Assembly (NCBI GenBank): GCA_958413095.1
Contig: CATYUF010000001.1
Coordinates: 955 to 64,954, forward strand
Reading direction: 5' to 3'
Length of the DNA stretch: 64,000 nt
DNA from: an uncultured Clostridium sp.
Lineage (GTDB): Bacteria > Bacillota > Clostridia > TANB77 > CAG-508
Part shown: one piece after another, positions 18,716 through 27,599 of the stretch
How positions within the stretch are numbered: the stretch's first letter is position 1
How the letters are laid out: every line of letters begins with the position of its first letter
The notes under the pieces: model-generated
Database searches by the model: none
What the model saw: only the letters and a program-made list of their open reading frames with translations
Told to the model about the DNA's origin: nothing
Program-made: the position numbers and the translations under genes

Positions 18716-20455
18716 ATGTTAAAAAAATTAGCAAGTTATGTAAAAGAATACAAAAAATACGCAATATTAACACCAATATTTGTAATATTAGAAGTAGTAA
18801 TGGAAGTAATAATACCTCTATTAATGGCCAAAATTATAGATGTTGGGATACAAAACAATGATATAAAATATATATTAGAAATAGGAGCTTTATTAATAGT
18901 TTCAGCAATTATGTCATTAATTTTTGGAATGTTATCAGGAAAATTTGCAGCCAAAGCATCAGCAGGATATTCCAAAAACTTAAGAAAAGCAATGTTCCAT
19001 AAAATTCAAGACTATTCTTTTGAAAATATAGATAAATTTTCTACATCTAGTTTAGTAACAAGAATGACAACAGATGTTACAAATGTTCAAATGGCTTTTC
19101 AAATGATTATTAGAATTTTAGTAAGAGGACCAATAATGATGATTTTTGCATTACTAATGGTTTTATCAATAAATGCAAAAATATCACTAATATTTTTTAT
19201 AGCAATTCCAGTATTAGGAGCTGTTTTAATATTTATAACATTAAAAGCACATCCAAATTTTGAAAAAGTGTTTAAAAAATATGATAAATTAAATAGAGTA
19301 GTTCAAGAAAACTTAGGAGCAATAAGAGTAGTAAAATCATTTGTAAGAGAAAAACACGAAAATAAAAAATTCAAGGAAGTAAATGATGAAGTATATACAA
19401 ACTTTAAAAAAGCTGAAAAAATAGTTGCGTTTAATGCACCAGCTATGCAACTAACAATATATACATGTATCTTATTAATATCTTGGATTGGTTCAAAAAC
19501 AATAGTAGCAGGAGGAATGCAAACAGGAGAATTATCAAGTATTGTAACATATGCTTGGCAAATATTAACTAGTTTAATGATGCTTTCAATGGTATTTGTA
19601 ATGGTAATTATGGCACAATCATCAGCAGAAAGAATTATAGAAGTAATAGATGAAGAGCCTACAATAAAAAATAAAGAAAATGCAATCAAAGAAGTTAAAG
19701 ATGCATCTATTGAATTTGAAAATGTAACATTTGCATATAGTGATGAGGAAGAAGAAGGAAAAAATGCTTTAGAAAATATTAATTTGAAGATAAAATCAGG
19801 AGAAACTATAGGAATAATTGGAGGAACAGGAAGTTCAAAATCTTCATTAGTACAATTAATACCAAGACTATATGATGTAACAAAAGGTAAAGTAAAAGTA
19901 GGTGGAATAGATGTAAGAGATTATGATATAAAAGCTTTAAGAGATTCAGTAGCAATGGTATTACAAAAAAATGTACTATTTTCTGGTACGATTGCAGAGA
20001 ACCTAAGATGGGGAAAGAAAGACGCAGATGAAGAAGAACTTAAAGAAATATGTAAATTATCACAAGCAGACAGTTTTATACAAGAATTTCCAAGCAAATA
20101 TGATACTATGCTAGACCAAGGTGGAACAAATGTATCAGGAGGACAAAAACAAAGAATTTGTATAGCAAGAGCAATTTTAAAACAACCTAAAATTTTAATT
20201 TTAGATGATTCAACTAGTGCAGTAGATACAAAAACAGATGCATTAATAAGAAAAGCATTTAGAGAAAAAATACCAAACACAACTAAGATAATAATAGCTC
20301 AAAGAGTTTCTTCAATAGAAGATGCTGACCAAATAATAGTACTTAATGAAGGAAAAATAGATGGAATAGGAACTTCAAAAGAATTATTAGAAACAAACCA
20401 AATATATAAAGAAGTATATGAATCACAAATGAAGGGAGGCGATGATGATGAATAA
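18716..20455 (+). CDS. ABC exporter half-transporter with a degenerate nucleotide-binding site
   Basis: TMD plus NBD. Walker A is GGTGSSKS (Gly to Ser before the Lys), signature is VSGGQKQR, and Walker B is ILILDDS (Asp replaces the catalytic Glu). Confidence 0.85.
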   Translation: MLKKLASYVKEYKKYAILTPIFVILEVVMEVIIPLLMAKIIDVGIQNNDIKYILEIGALLIVSAIMSLIFGMLSGKFAAKASAGYSKNLRKAMFHKIQDYSFENIDKFSTSSLVTRMTTDVTNVQMAFQMIIRILVRGPIMMIFALLMVLSINAKISLIFFIAIPVLGAVLIFITLKAHPNFEKVFKKYDKLNRVVQENLGAIRVVKSFVREKHENKKFKEVNDEVYTNFKKAEKIVAFNAPAMQLTIYTCILLISWIGSKTIVAGGMQTGELSSIVTYAWQILTSLMMLSMVFVMVIMAQSSAERIIEVIDEEPTIKNKENAIKEVKDASIEFENVTFAYSDEEEEGKNALENINLKIKSGETIGIIGGTGSSKSSLVQLIPRLYDVTKGKVKVGGIDVRDYDIKALRDSVAMVLQKNVLFSGTIAENLRWGKKDADEEELKEICKLSQADSFIQEFPSKYDTMLDQGGTNVSGGQKQRICIARAILKQPKILILDDSTSAVDTKTDALIRKAFREKIPNTTKIIIAQRVSSIEDADQIIVLNEGKIDGIGTSKELLETNQIYKEVYESQMKGGDDDE

Positions 20456-22307
20456 GAAAAATGGAAAAATTAATACTATAAAAAGATTATTAAAATATGT
20501 AACAAGTACATATAAATTACAATTAGTAATAGTTTTAATAAGCATCATAGTAAGTGCATTAGTAGGAGTAGCAGGAATACAATTTTTAAAATATTTAATA
20601 GATGATTTTATAGTTCCATTAGTAAATAGTCAAAATCCTGATTTTGGACCATTATTACAAGTAATTTTAATAATGGGAGGAATATATTTAGTAGGAGTTC
20701 TAGGAACATATATATATAACAGATTAATGATAAATATATCTCAAGGAGCTTTAAATAAAATTCGTGAAGAAATGTTTGAACATATGCAAAAACTACCAAT
20801 AAGATATTTTGATAGTAGACCTCATGGAGAAATAATGAGTACATATACAAATGATGTAGATACTCTAAGACAAATGCTTAGCCAAAGTATACCACAAGTA
20901 TTTTCTGCATCAGTATCAATGATAACTATACTAATATCAATGTTTTCTACAAATGTATATTTAACATTACTAGTATTAGCAATGGTTGTATTAATGATAT
21001 TTGTCTCAAAATATTTAGGTGGAAATAGTTCAAGATATTTTATAAAACAACAAGAAGACTTAGGAAAAGTAGATGGATATATTGAAGAAATGATGGAAGG
21101 CCAAAAAGTAATAAAGGTATTTAATCATGAGGAAGAAACAAAGAAGAAATTTGATGAATTAAATGAACAATTATGTGATAGTGTCACAAATGCAAATACT
21201 TATGCAAATATTTTAATGCCATGTATAATGAATATAGGAAATTTAGGATATGTATTAGTTGCAGTAGTAGGAGGAATATTATCAATAAATGGAATATTAA
21301 CAATAGGTAGTATCGCAGCATTCTTGCAATTTGTAAAAGCTTTCACAAATCCTTTAGGACAAGTATCTCAACAAATGAACTCAATAGTTATGGCACTTGC
21401 AGGAGCAGAAAGAATATTTAATCTAATAGATGAAGAAGTTGAACAAGACGAAGGATATGTAACACTTGTAAATGCAAAAATGGAAAATGGAAAAATAGTA
21501 GAAACAGAAGAAAGAACAGGAATGTGGGCTTGGAAACATCCTCATAAAGATGGAAGAATAACATATACAAGACTTCGTGGACAAGTAGAGTTTGAAAATG
21601 TACAATTTGGATATGTTGAACATAAAAGAATATTGCATGATATAACATTAAAAGCAAAAGAAGGTCAAAAAGTTTCATTTGTAGGAGCAACAGGAGCTGG
21701 AAAGACTACAATAACAAATTTAATAAATAGATTTTATGACATCCAAGAAGGTAAAATAAGATATGATAGAATAAATATTAGAAAAATAAAGAAAGATGAT
21801 TTAAGAAGGTCATTAGGAATGGTATTACAAGATACTAATTTATTTACAGGGACAATAAGAGAAAATATAAGATATGGAAAATTAAATGCAACAGATGAAG
21901 AAGTATATGAAGCAGCTAAATTATCAAATGCAGATAAATTTATAAAACATTTACCTCATGGATATGATACTGTAATAACAGGAAATGGAGAAGGCTTATC
22001 ACAAGGACAAAGACAATTATTATCAATAGCAAGAGCAGCATTAAATAATCCTCCAGTATTAATATTAGATGAAGCAACTTCTAGCATAGATACAAGAACA
22101 GAAAAGATTGTTCAAGATGGTATGGATAAATTAATGAAAGGTAGAACAGTTTTTGTAATAGCGCATAGATTGTCAACTATAAGAAATTCGGACTTGATTA
22201 TGGTATTAGATCATGGAAGAATTATAGAAAGAGGAAATCATGAAGAATTAATAGGAAATAAGGGGACATATTATGGATTATATACGGGGGCTATTGAAAT
22301 TGATTAA
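20442..22307 (+). CDS. ABC exporter half-transporter with a consensus site
   Basis: Walker A GATGAGKTT, signature LSQGQRQ, Walker B LILDEATS. The gene overlaps its upstream partner by 14 nt. Confidence 0.85.
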   Translation: MMMNKKNGKINTIKRLLKYVTSTYKLQLVIVLISIIVSALVGVAGIQFLKYLIDDFIVPLVNSQNPDFGPLLQVILIMGGIYLVGVLGTYIYNRLMINISQGALNKIREEMFEHMQKLPIRYFDSRPHGEIMSTYTNDVDTLRQMLSQSIPQVFSASVSMITILISMFSTNVYLTLLVLAMVVLMIFVSKYLGGNSSRYFIKQQEDLGKVDGYIEEMMEGQKVIKVFNHEEETKKKFDELNEQLCDSVTNANTYANILMPCIMNIGNLGYVLVAVVGGILSINGILTIGSIAAFLQFVKAFTNPLGQVSQQMNSIVMALAGAERIFNLIDEEVEQDEGYVTLVNAKMENGKIVETEERTGMWAWKHPHKDGRITYTRLRGQVEFENVQFGYVEHKRILHDITLKAKEGQKVSFVGATGAGKTTITNLINRFYDIQEGKIRYDRINIRKIKKDDLRRSLGMVLQDTNLFTGTIRENIRYGKLNATDEEVYEAAKLSNADKFIKHLPHGYDTVITGNGEGLSQGQRQLLSIARAALNNPPVLILDEATSSIDTRTEKIVQDGMDKLMKGRTVFVIAHRLSTIRNSDLIMVLDHGRIIERGNHEELIGNKGTYYGLYTGAIEID

Positions 22308-22403
22308 GTAAGAAATAATCTTATTACTAATAAATTTTTTAAAGTATTATAAATAATTTTATGATAGTATATAAATTATAAATTGTATAGGAGGTACTTT
22401 TTG

Positions 22404-23570
22404 ATGAAAGATATGAATATTTCAAAAGAAATTAAATATATAGGAGCAAGTGATGAAAATATAAAGTTATTTGAAAATCAATATGTATTAGAAAATGGAA
22501 TGAGTTATAATTCATATGTGATAAAGGACGAGAAAAATGTAATATTAGATACAATAGATGAAAGACTAACCAAAGAGTGGCTTGAAAATTTAGAAGAGGC
22601 ATTAAATGGAGAAGAGCCAGATTATTTAGTAGTTTCTCATATGGAACCAGACCATGCATATAATATTGGTTTAATTGCTGAAAAGTATCCTAAAATGAAA
22701 ATAGTAGGAAATCAAATTACATTTAATATGCTTAATAATTTTTTTGACATAGATTTTTCTAATAGAAAGTTTGTGGTTATGGAAGGTGATGTACTAGATA
22801 TAGGAAAACATAAATTACAATTTTTTATGGCACCAATGGTACATTGGCCAGAAGTAATGGTGACATATGAACAAACAGAAAAAATATTATTTTCAGCAGA
22901 TGCATTTGGTAAATTTGGTTCATTAAATATAGACGAAGAATGGGACTGTGAAGCAAGAAGATATTATTTTGGAATAGTTGGAAAATATGGGATGCAAGTA
23001 CAAGCTTTATTAAAAAAATTAGAAAATTTAGATATAAAAATGATTTGTCCTTTACATGGACCAATATTGAAAGAAAATTTACAATATTATATTAATAAAT
23101 ATGATATATGGAGTAAATATGAACCAGAAGAAGAGGGAATATATATAGCGTGTGCATCAATACATGGAAACACACTAAAAGTAGCAAATGAGATGAAAAA
23201 GATATTAGAAGAAAACGGAGCAAAAAAAGTAGTATTAGGAAATTTAGCAACAGAAGACTGGGCAGAAGCAGTAGAAGATGCATTTAGATATTCGCATTTA
23301 ATAGTAGCAGCTTCAAGCTATAATACAGGAGTATTTCCTCCAATGCAACATTTTTTAGAACATCTAAAAGATAGAAATTATCAAAAAAGAACAGTTGCCA
23401 TAATAGAAAATGGCTCATGGGCGCCATCAGCAGGAAAATGCATGAAAAATATGTTACAGGGAATGAAAGATATAAATGTACTAGAAAATGTTGTAACAAT
23501 AAAGTCAACAATGAAAGAGGAAAATAGAGAGCAATTAAAAGAAATGGCAAAAGAGATTTTAGAAAAATAA
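22404..23570 (+). CDS. FprA-type flavodiiron protein (metallo-beta-lactamase fold plus flavodoxin)
   Basis: Diiron motif HMEPDH (HxExDH) and a C-terminal flavodoxin-like domain. ATG 22404 follows AGGAGG. Confidence 0.8.
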   Translation: MKDMNISKEIKYIGASDENIKLFENQYVLENGMSYNSYVIKDEKNVILDTIDERLTKEWLENLEEALNGEEPDYLVVSHMEPDHAYNIGLIAEKYPKMKIVGNQITFNMLNNFFDIDFSNRKFVVMEGDVLDIGKHKLQFFMAPMVHWPEVMVTYEQTEKILFSADAFGKFGSLNIDEEWDCEARRYYFGIVGKYGMQVQALLKKLENLDIKMICPLHGPILKENLQYYINKYDIWSKYEPEEEGIYIACASIHGNTLKVANEMKKILEENGAKKVVLGNLATEDWAEAVEDAFRYSHLIVAASSYNTGVFPPMQHFLEHLKDRNYQKRTVAIIENGSWAPSAGKCMKNMLQGMKDINVLENVVTIKSTMKEENREQLKEMAKEILEK

Positions 23571-23582
23571 AAGAATTTTTTT

Positions 23583-23609
23583 AAATCTCTAGTGTTGAGA
23601 GATTTTTTT
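23583..23609 (+). terminator. Intrinsic terminator after the flavodiiron gene
   Basis: Stem AAATCTCT/AGAGATTT, a 7-nt loop and a T tract. Confidence 0.7.
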
Positions 23610-23614
23610 GACAT

Positions 23615-23670
23615 GATTTTGGGGTCGTGATTTTGGGGTCGGATACAAAAATCATGACTCCAAAGTCAAG
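23615..23670 (+). repeat. GGGGTCGG repeat family 2, second locus
   Basis: GATTTTGGGGTCGTGATTTTGGGGTCGGATACAAAAATCATGACTCCAAAGTCAAG. TTTGGGGTC can pair with GACTCCAAA. Confidence 0.6.
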
Positions 23671-23687
23671 CTAAAAAATAATCTTTA

Positions 23688-24710
23688 TTACTTCAAATTT
23701 TTCCTTCTAAGTTGTCCACAGGCAGCGTCAATATCTGAGCCTAATTCTCGTCTTATTGTAGCAACTATTCCATGGTCATTCAAATAATCTCTAAATTTCA
23801 TAATATTCTTATTTGAACTTTTCATATAAGCACCATTTTCAATTTTATTTATAGGAATTAAATTAACATGGCATATCATACCTTTGAGAAGTTTTACTAA
23901 TCGTTTAGCATCTTCTAAATTATCATTATTTTCCTTAGCAAGAGCATATTCAAAAGATATTCTTCTATGAGTTTTTTCTATATAGTCTCTACAAGCTTGT
24001 AATAATTCTTCTAGTTTATAAGCATCATTAACTGGCATCATTTGGCTTCTTTGTTCATTTGTAGTAGCATGTAAGGAAATTGATAAGGTGCATTGTATAT
24101 TTTCTTCTGCTAGTTTATATATTTTAGGAACTAAACCACTTGTAGAAATACTAATATGTCTAGCACCAATATTTAAACCTTTAGGATTATTAATTATTCT
24201 AATAGCTCCAACAACATTATCATAATTATCTAAGGGTTCACCAATGCCCATAAATACTATATTTGATATTCGTATATTTTCATCCCTTTCAACAGCCATT
24301 ATTTGTTCAACAATTTCTCCAGTAGATAAGTTTCTAATAAAGGGAATACCCGTTGATGCACAAAATTTACATCCCATTTTACAACCAATTTGGGAAGAAA
24401 CACAAATGCTATATCCATGATGATATTCCATAAGTACAGTTTCAATAGCATTTCCATCTAATACATCGAATAAATATTTTTTTGTTCCATCAGATGCAAC
24501 TTGTTTTTTTAAAATATTAAATTGCTTTATAGTATAATTTTCTTTTAATTTTTCTCTCAACTCTAAAGACAAATTTGTCATTTCATCAAAACTTGAAACC
24601 CTAGATTCATATATCCACTTAAATATTTGTTCTGCCCTGAAGGGTTTTTCACCTATCTTTTTTAGCTCTTCCTTAAGTTCGTCTAAGTTATAATCTTTTA
24701 TATTTTTCAT
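23688..24710 (-). CDS. rlmN: 23S rRNA/tRNA adenine-C2 methyltransferase RlmN (radical SAM)
   Basis: QIGCKMGCKFCAS cluster, the C-terminal catalytic Cys region GSDIDAACGQL, and the N-terminal FRAEQIFKW. Confidence 0.92.
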   Translation of the reverse strand: MKNIKDYNLDELKEELKKIGEKPFRAEQIFKWIYESRVSSFDEMTNLSLELREKLKENYTIKQFNILKKQVASDGTKKYLFDVLDGNAIETVLMEYHHGYSICVSSQIGCKMGCKFCASTGIPFIRNLSTGEIVEQIMAVERDENIRISNIVFMGIGEPLDNYDNVVGAIRIINNPKGLNIGARHISISTSGLVPKIYKLAEENIQCTLSISLHATTNEQRSQMMPVNDAYKLEELLQACRDYIEKTHRRISFEYALAKENNDNLEDAKRLVKLLKGMICHVNLIPINKIENGAYMKSSNKNIMKFRDYLNDHGIVATIRRELGSDIDAACGQLRRKNLK

Positions 24711-24719
24711 TTTGATTTT

Positions 24720-24772
24720 AGTCCTTATATATAATATATTTAGGTTTTTTAATTAGGTTTTACCTATAAACC
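24720..24772 (-). promoter_or_regulatory. Conserved 5' leader motif shared with gatD (copy 1)
   Basis: On the minus sense: GGTTTATAGGTAAAACCTAATTAAAAAACCTAAATATATTATATATAAGGACT, 10 nt before the rlmN ATG. About 85% identical to 44810-44861. Confidence 0.45.
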
Positions 24773-24775
24773 ATA

Positions 24776-24961
24776 TTAATATTTTGGTATTGATTTTGGT
24801 ATAATTACATTTTTAGGTCTATTTACTTTTATTAAATTTTCAAAATTATATATCATTTTATAATCTTTACCATAAATAAATTTCAATAAATTAATTCTTA
24901 TTTTCTCAAAAGGAGAATTTTTTACAATAATAAGACTTGTTTGATTTTGGTTTTTTTGCAT
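24776..24961 (-). CDS. Small hypothetical protein (61 aa)
   Basis: ATG 24961 is preceded by GGTGAT. The longer track ORF (to 25045) runs into repeat family 1 copy B, so its 5' extension is doubtful. Confidence 0.35.
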   Translation of the reverse strand: MQKNQNQTSLIIVKNSPFEKIRINLLKFIYGKDYKMIYNFENLIKVNRPKNVIIPKSIPKY

Positions 24962-24980
24962 AATATCACCAATCCATTTT

Positions 24981-25090
24981 TTATTGTTGTATAGGAAAAA
25001 TCGACTTTTATCTTGAAGCAATATAGAATTTTCCATATACAACAAGTAAAAGTTACCTTTAAAAAGAGTTGCAATAGTTTTACTAACATA
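24981..25090 (+). repeat. Intergenic repeat family 1, copy B
   Basis: TTATTGTTGTATAGGAAAAATCGACTTTTATCTTGAAGCAATATAGAATTTTCCATATACAACAAGTAAAAGTTACCTTTAAAAAG..., collinear with copy A. Confidence 0.75.
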
Positions 25091-25345
25091 ACTTCGATAC
25101 TTTTCTTCTAATTTATATAGATAACATTACTATAAAAATGGTATTTTGTCAATTTACTTTTAAATTATGATAGTAAATATTGTATGTTAGCCAATGATTT
25201 GATAGCAAATGTAGTTGTTATTCTATATCTATAAAATTTAGATTTAATTACTTGTAAATATTATAACATAGAAGCAGTATGTAGTGTAAAATTACTAAAA
25301 ATAAAAATTGAAATTACAAGGTGAAAGGTGAAAAAAACAAATTAA

Positions 25346-25374
25346 TTGACATAATGATGAATAAAATGTATAAT
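25346..25374 (+). promoter_or_regulatory. Consensus sigma-A promoter
   Basis: TTGACA (25346-25351), a 17-nt spacer ending in TG, then TATAAT (25369-25374), 66 nt upstream of the 25441 ATG. Confidence 0.6.
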
Positions 25375-25440
25375 ATAAATATAAATTACAGAAAAAAAGC
25401 TTTCCAAAATTCAATGAATTAGGAAAGAACAGGAGGAATT

Positions 25441-25893
25441 ATGACTAAAAAAATTATATCTATGCCAACAGGATTTAATCCAAGTGAATGGTCACGGAAA
25501 ACAAATTGCTATATGTATGCAATAAATCATCAGAAAGATAATAACCCAAGAGATGTAGGAGAATTATCTGGTAATTTGATAAAAGACTACTATACCGTAG
25601 ATGAAATTAAAGAAAGGTTATTCGAAGATATGAAAATGCTTAATATGGAAATAAAAAAAGCAACATATGAAGAAGAGTGCCTTGAAGATGAATGGAAAAT
25701 AGCATTATTTTATCGAGAAGAAGATGGAGATTTTCACTTTTTAAGAGAAGACTATCACAACAGATGGTCACATAAAACAAAAGGAAGAAAACCATCTAAT
25801 AAGGATTATAGTAATGCAACAATTATTAATCCTAGATGGGCAAACTTAATGGAATATGAATTTGTAGAGTTTTACAAGTTAAAATGCCATTAG
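25441..25893 (+). CDS. Cytoplasmic putative Cys-His (papain-fold-like) hydrolase, 150 aa
   Basis: No signal peptide. Candidate nucleophile in TNCYMYA and candidate His in DGDFHFLRED...WSHKTKG. SD AGGAGG. The family is not recognised with certainty. Confidence 0.6.
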   Translation: MTKKIISMPTGFNPSEWSRKTNCYMYAINHQKDNNPRDVGELSGNLIKDYYTVDEIKERLFEDMKMLNMEIKKATYEEECLEDEWKIALFYREEDGDFHFLREDYHNRWSHKTKGRKPSNKDYSNATIINPRWANLMEYEFVEFYKLKCH

Positions 25894-25910
25894 TTATTTT
25901 ATATTTTATT

Positions 25911-25946
25911 AAAAAGCTTGTTTTTAAACAAAATACAAGCTTTTTT
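25911..25946 (+). terminator. Intrinsic terminator
   Basis: Perfect 11-bp stem AAAAAGCTTGT/ACAAGCTTTTT followed by a T tract. Confidence 0.75.
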
Positions 25947-26123
25947 AGTTTATGGGTAAAAACTAGTATTAAAGAAAAATGAGAGAAAGATAGGAATAGG
26001 TAATAAAAAAACAGGAATATAAATAAAAGTTTTTATAAAACTAAAAAAAATAAATTTCATAAATGATTAATATAATTATATGAAAATAAAAAAGAATTAG
26101 TAAATTAAAGTATTATAATAAAA

Positions 26124-26363
26124 CTAATTCTTTTTTATTTTATAATGTTTATCATCAGTATAACCTAATAACCAAATAGGAGAAACATCAAAAAGAGTTG
26201 CAATTTTGTCAATCATAGTAGGTCCAATATTTTGAATTTGTCCACTAGCATATTTAGAAATAGTAGACTTGGATTTTAAACCTAATTTTTCAGCAATTTT
26301 TTCATAAGTTAAATCTGATTGGTTAATAAGTTCAGTAAATCTTTCATGAAAAATATATTTCAA
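26124..26363 (-). CDS. XRE-family HTH transcriptional regulator (79 aa)
   Basis: LTYEKIAEKLGLKSKSTISKYASGQ is a classic Cro/CI-type HTH. A hairpin terminator (AAGAATTAGT/ACTAATTCTT) overlaps its stop. Confidence 0.85.
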   Translation of the reverse strand: MKYIFHERFTELINQSDLTYEKIAEKLGLKSKSTISKYASGQIQNIGPTMIDKIATLFDVSPIWLLGYTDDKHYKIKKN

Positions 26364-26397
26364 ATATATTCACCTCTTTAAAAAATATATTGAAAAT

Positions 26398-26426
26398 ATT
26401 ATAACATTAAAAAATAAAAATGTAAA
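26398..26426 (-). promoter_or_regulatory. Promoter for the minus-strand XRE gene
   Basis: On the minus strand: TTTACA, 17 nt, TATAAT (forward TGTAAA 26421-26426 and ATTATA 26398-26403). Confidence 0.5.
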
Positions 26427-26469
26427 TAGTAAGTTTTATACATAAAAAGTAAAAAAATGGAAAAATATA

Positions 26470-26498
26470 TTGACAAAGCACGAAAAATGATATATCAT
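26470..26498 (+). promoter_or_regulatory. Promoter for the plus-strand XRE gene and probably the downstream operon
   Basis: TTGACA (26470-26475), 17 nt, TATCAT (26493-26498). AAAAATATATTGA occurs twice in the divergent region (about 26382 and 26461). Confidence 0.5.
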
Positions 26499-26529
26499 GT
26501 TTCTTAATAAGAAACAAAAAGGAGCAAAT

Positions 26530-26784
26530 ATGGAACCTAAAGTTATAGGAAATAGAATAAAAGAATTAATGACTATGGAAAAAATTGATAAAAAAGAACT
26601 AGCAGATAGTTTAGATTTAACAATGCTTGAATTAGAAAAAAAGCTTAATGGTGAAGAAGAATTTTATATTAGTCAAATGATTAATATAAAAAAAATATTT
26701 CATCTTAATTTAGAAGTTTTTACAAAATTATTTTTTGAAGAAGATTTTGATTTGGAAGGAACTTTTACTAATTTATATAAATAG
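26530..26784 (+). CDS. XRE-family HTH regulator (84 aa)
   Basis: IGNRIKELMTMEKIDKKELADSLDLTMLELEKKLNGE is HTH-like. ATG 26530 follows AAAGGAG. The track start 26497 lies inside the -10 box. Confidence 0.7.
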   Translation: MEPKVIGNRIKELMTMEKIDKKELADSLDLTMLELEKKLNGEEEFYISQMINIKKIFHLNLEVFTKLFFEEDFDLEGTFTNLYK

Positions 26785-26796
26785 TTCAACAAAAGA

Positions 26797-26822
26797 AGAG
26801 AAGATAAAACTTCTCTATTTTT
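26797..26822 (+). terminator. Weak hairpin (terminator or attenuator) between the XRE gene and the operon
   Basis: 7-bp stem AGAGAAG/CTTCTCT, loop ATAAAA, then ATTTTTG. Only about 26 nt separate it from the HAD gene ATG, which leaves no room for a separate promoter. Confidence 0.45.
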
Positions 26823-26848
26823 GTAATAAAAAATAAGGAGAATAGTTT

Positions 26849-27598
26849 ATGGAAGAAAAATTTAAGAAAAAATTATCAGGTTTAGATTTAGTTATTTTTG
26901 ATTTAGATGGTACATTAATTGATTCAAATGGTGTTCATAATTATCTAGATATAGAGTTAGTTCGTTCACTTGGAGAAACTAAAAATCCGGAAGAAATTTT
27001 ACAAGAAAGAGAATTATTTTTTAAAAATAATAATATAGGCGATATATATTTAAACTATTGCGAATATTTAAAAACAAAATATAAATCTAATATGTCAAAA
27101 GAAGAAATTTTGCAATATCGAAGAGATTTATCAAAAAAGATTTCAAAAGATATCAAATATAAACCAGATGCAGATAAAATGATAAAATACTTGAAAAGTC
27201 AAGAGATAAAGATTGCCTTGGGAACAGTTTCAAGAAGAGAAACTATAAATATTTATATTAATGAAAATGAAAATATTAAAAATAAATGTGATTTACAAGA
27301 ATATTTTGATTTTATAGTGACCAAAGATGATGTTAAATTAAAGAAACCTAATCCAGAAGTTTATAATAAAATAATAGAAAAGTTTAATATTTCAGATTTG
27401 TCTAAATGTATTGTTATAGAAGATTCATTAACAGGTGTTATTGCAGCAAAGAAAGCGAATCTCGATGTTATAGTAGTCTATGATAAATATTCAGACAAAG
27501 ATAGAGAAAAAATTAATGAACTCGCAGATTATAATGTGGCAGATTTCAAAGAATTAATTGAATTATTTAAAAAAAGTAAAATGAAAGGAGAATTTTAA
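26849..27598 (+). CDS. HAD-superfamily phosphatase (beta-PGM-like subfamily IA)
   Basis: Motif I FDLDGTLIDS, motif II GTVS, K-containing motif III, motif IV IEDSLTG. SD AAGGAG. Confidence 0.8.
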   Translation: MEEKFKKKLSGLDLVIFDLDGTLIDSNGVHNYLDIELVRSLGETKNPEEILQERELFFKNNNIGDIYLNYCEYLKTKYKSNMSKEEILQYRRDLSKKISKDIKYKPDADKMIKYLKSQEIKIALGTVSRRETINIYINENENIKNKCDLQEYFDFIVTKDDVKLKKPNPEVYNKIIEKFNISDLSKCIVIEDSLTGVIAAKKANLDVIVVYDKYSDKDREKINELADYNVADFKELIELFKKSKMKGEF

Positions 27599-27599
27599 A

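Noticed and set aside
24962-25045. 5' extension of the small ORF upstream of rlmN (track start 25045).
   Set aside because: The extension is encoded by repeat family 1 copy B. An internal ATG (24961) with a GGTGAT SD is more plausible. Even the short version is only weakly supported.
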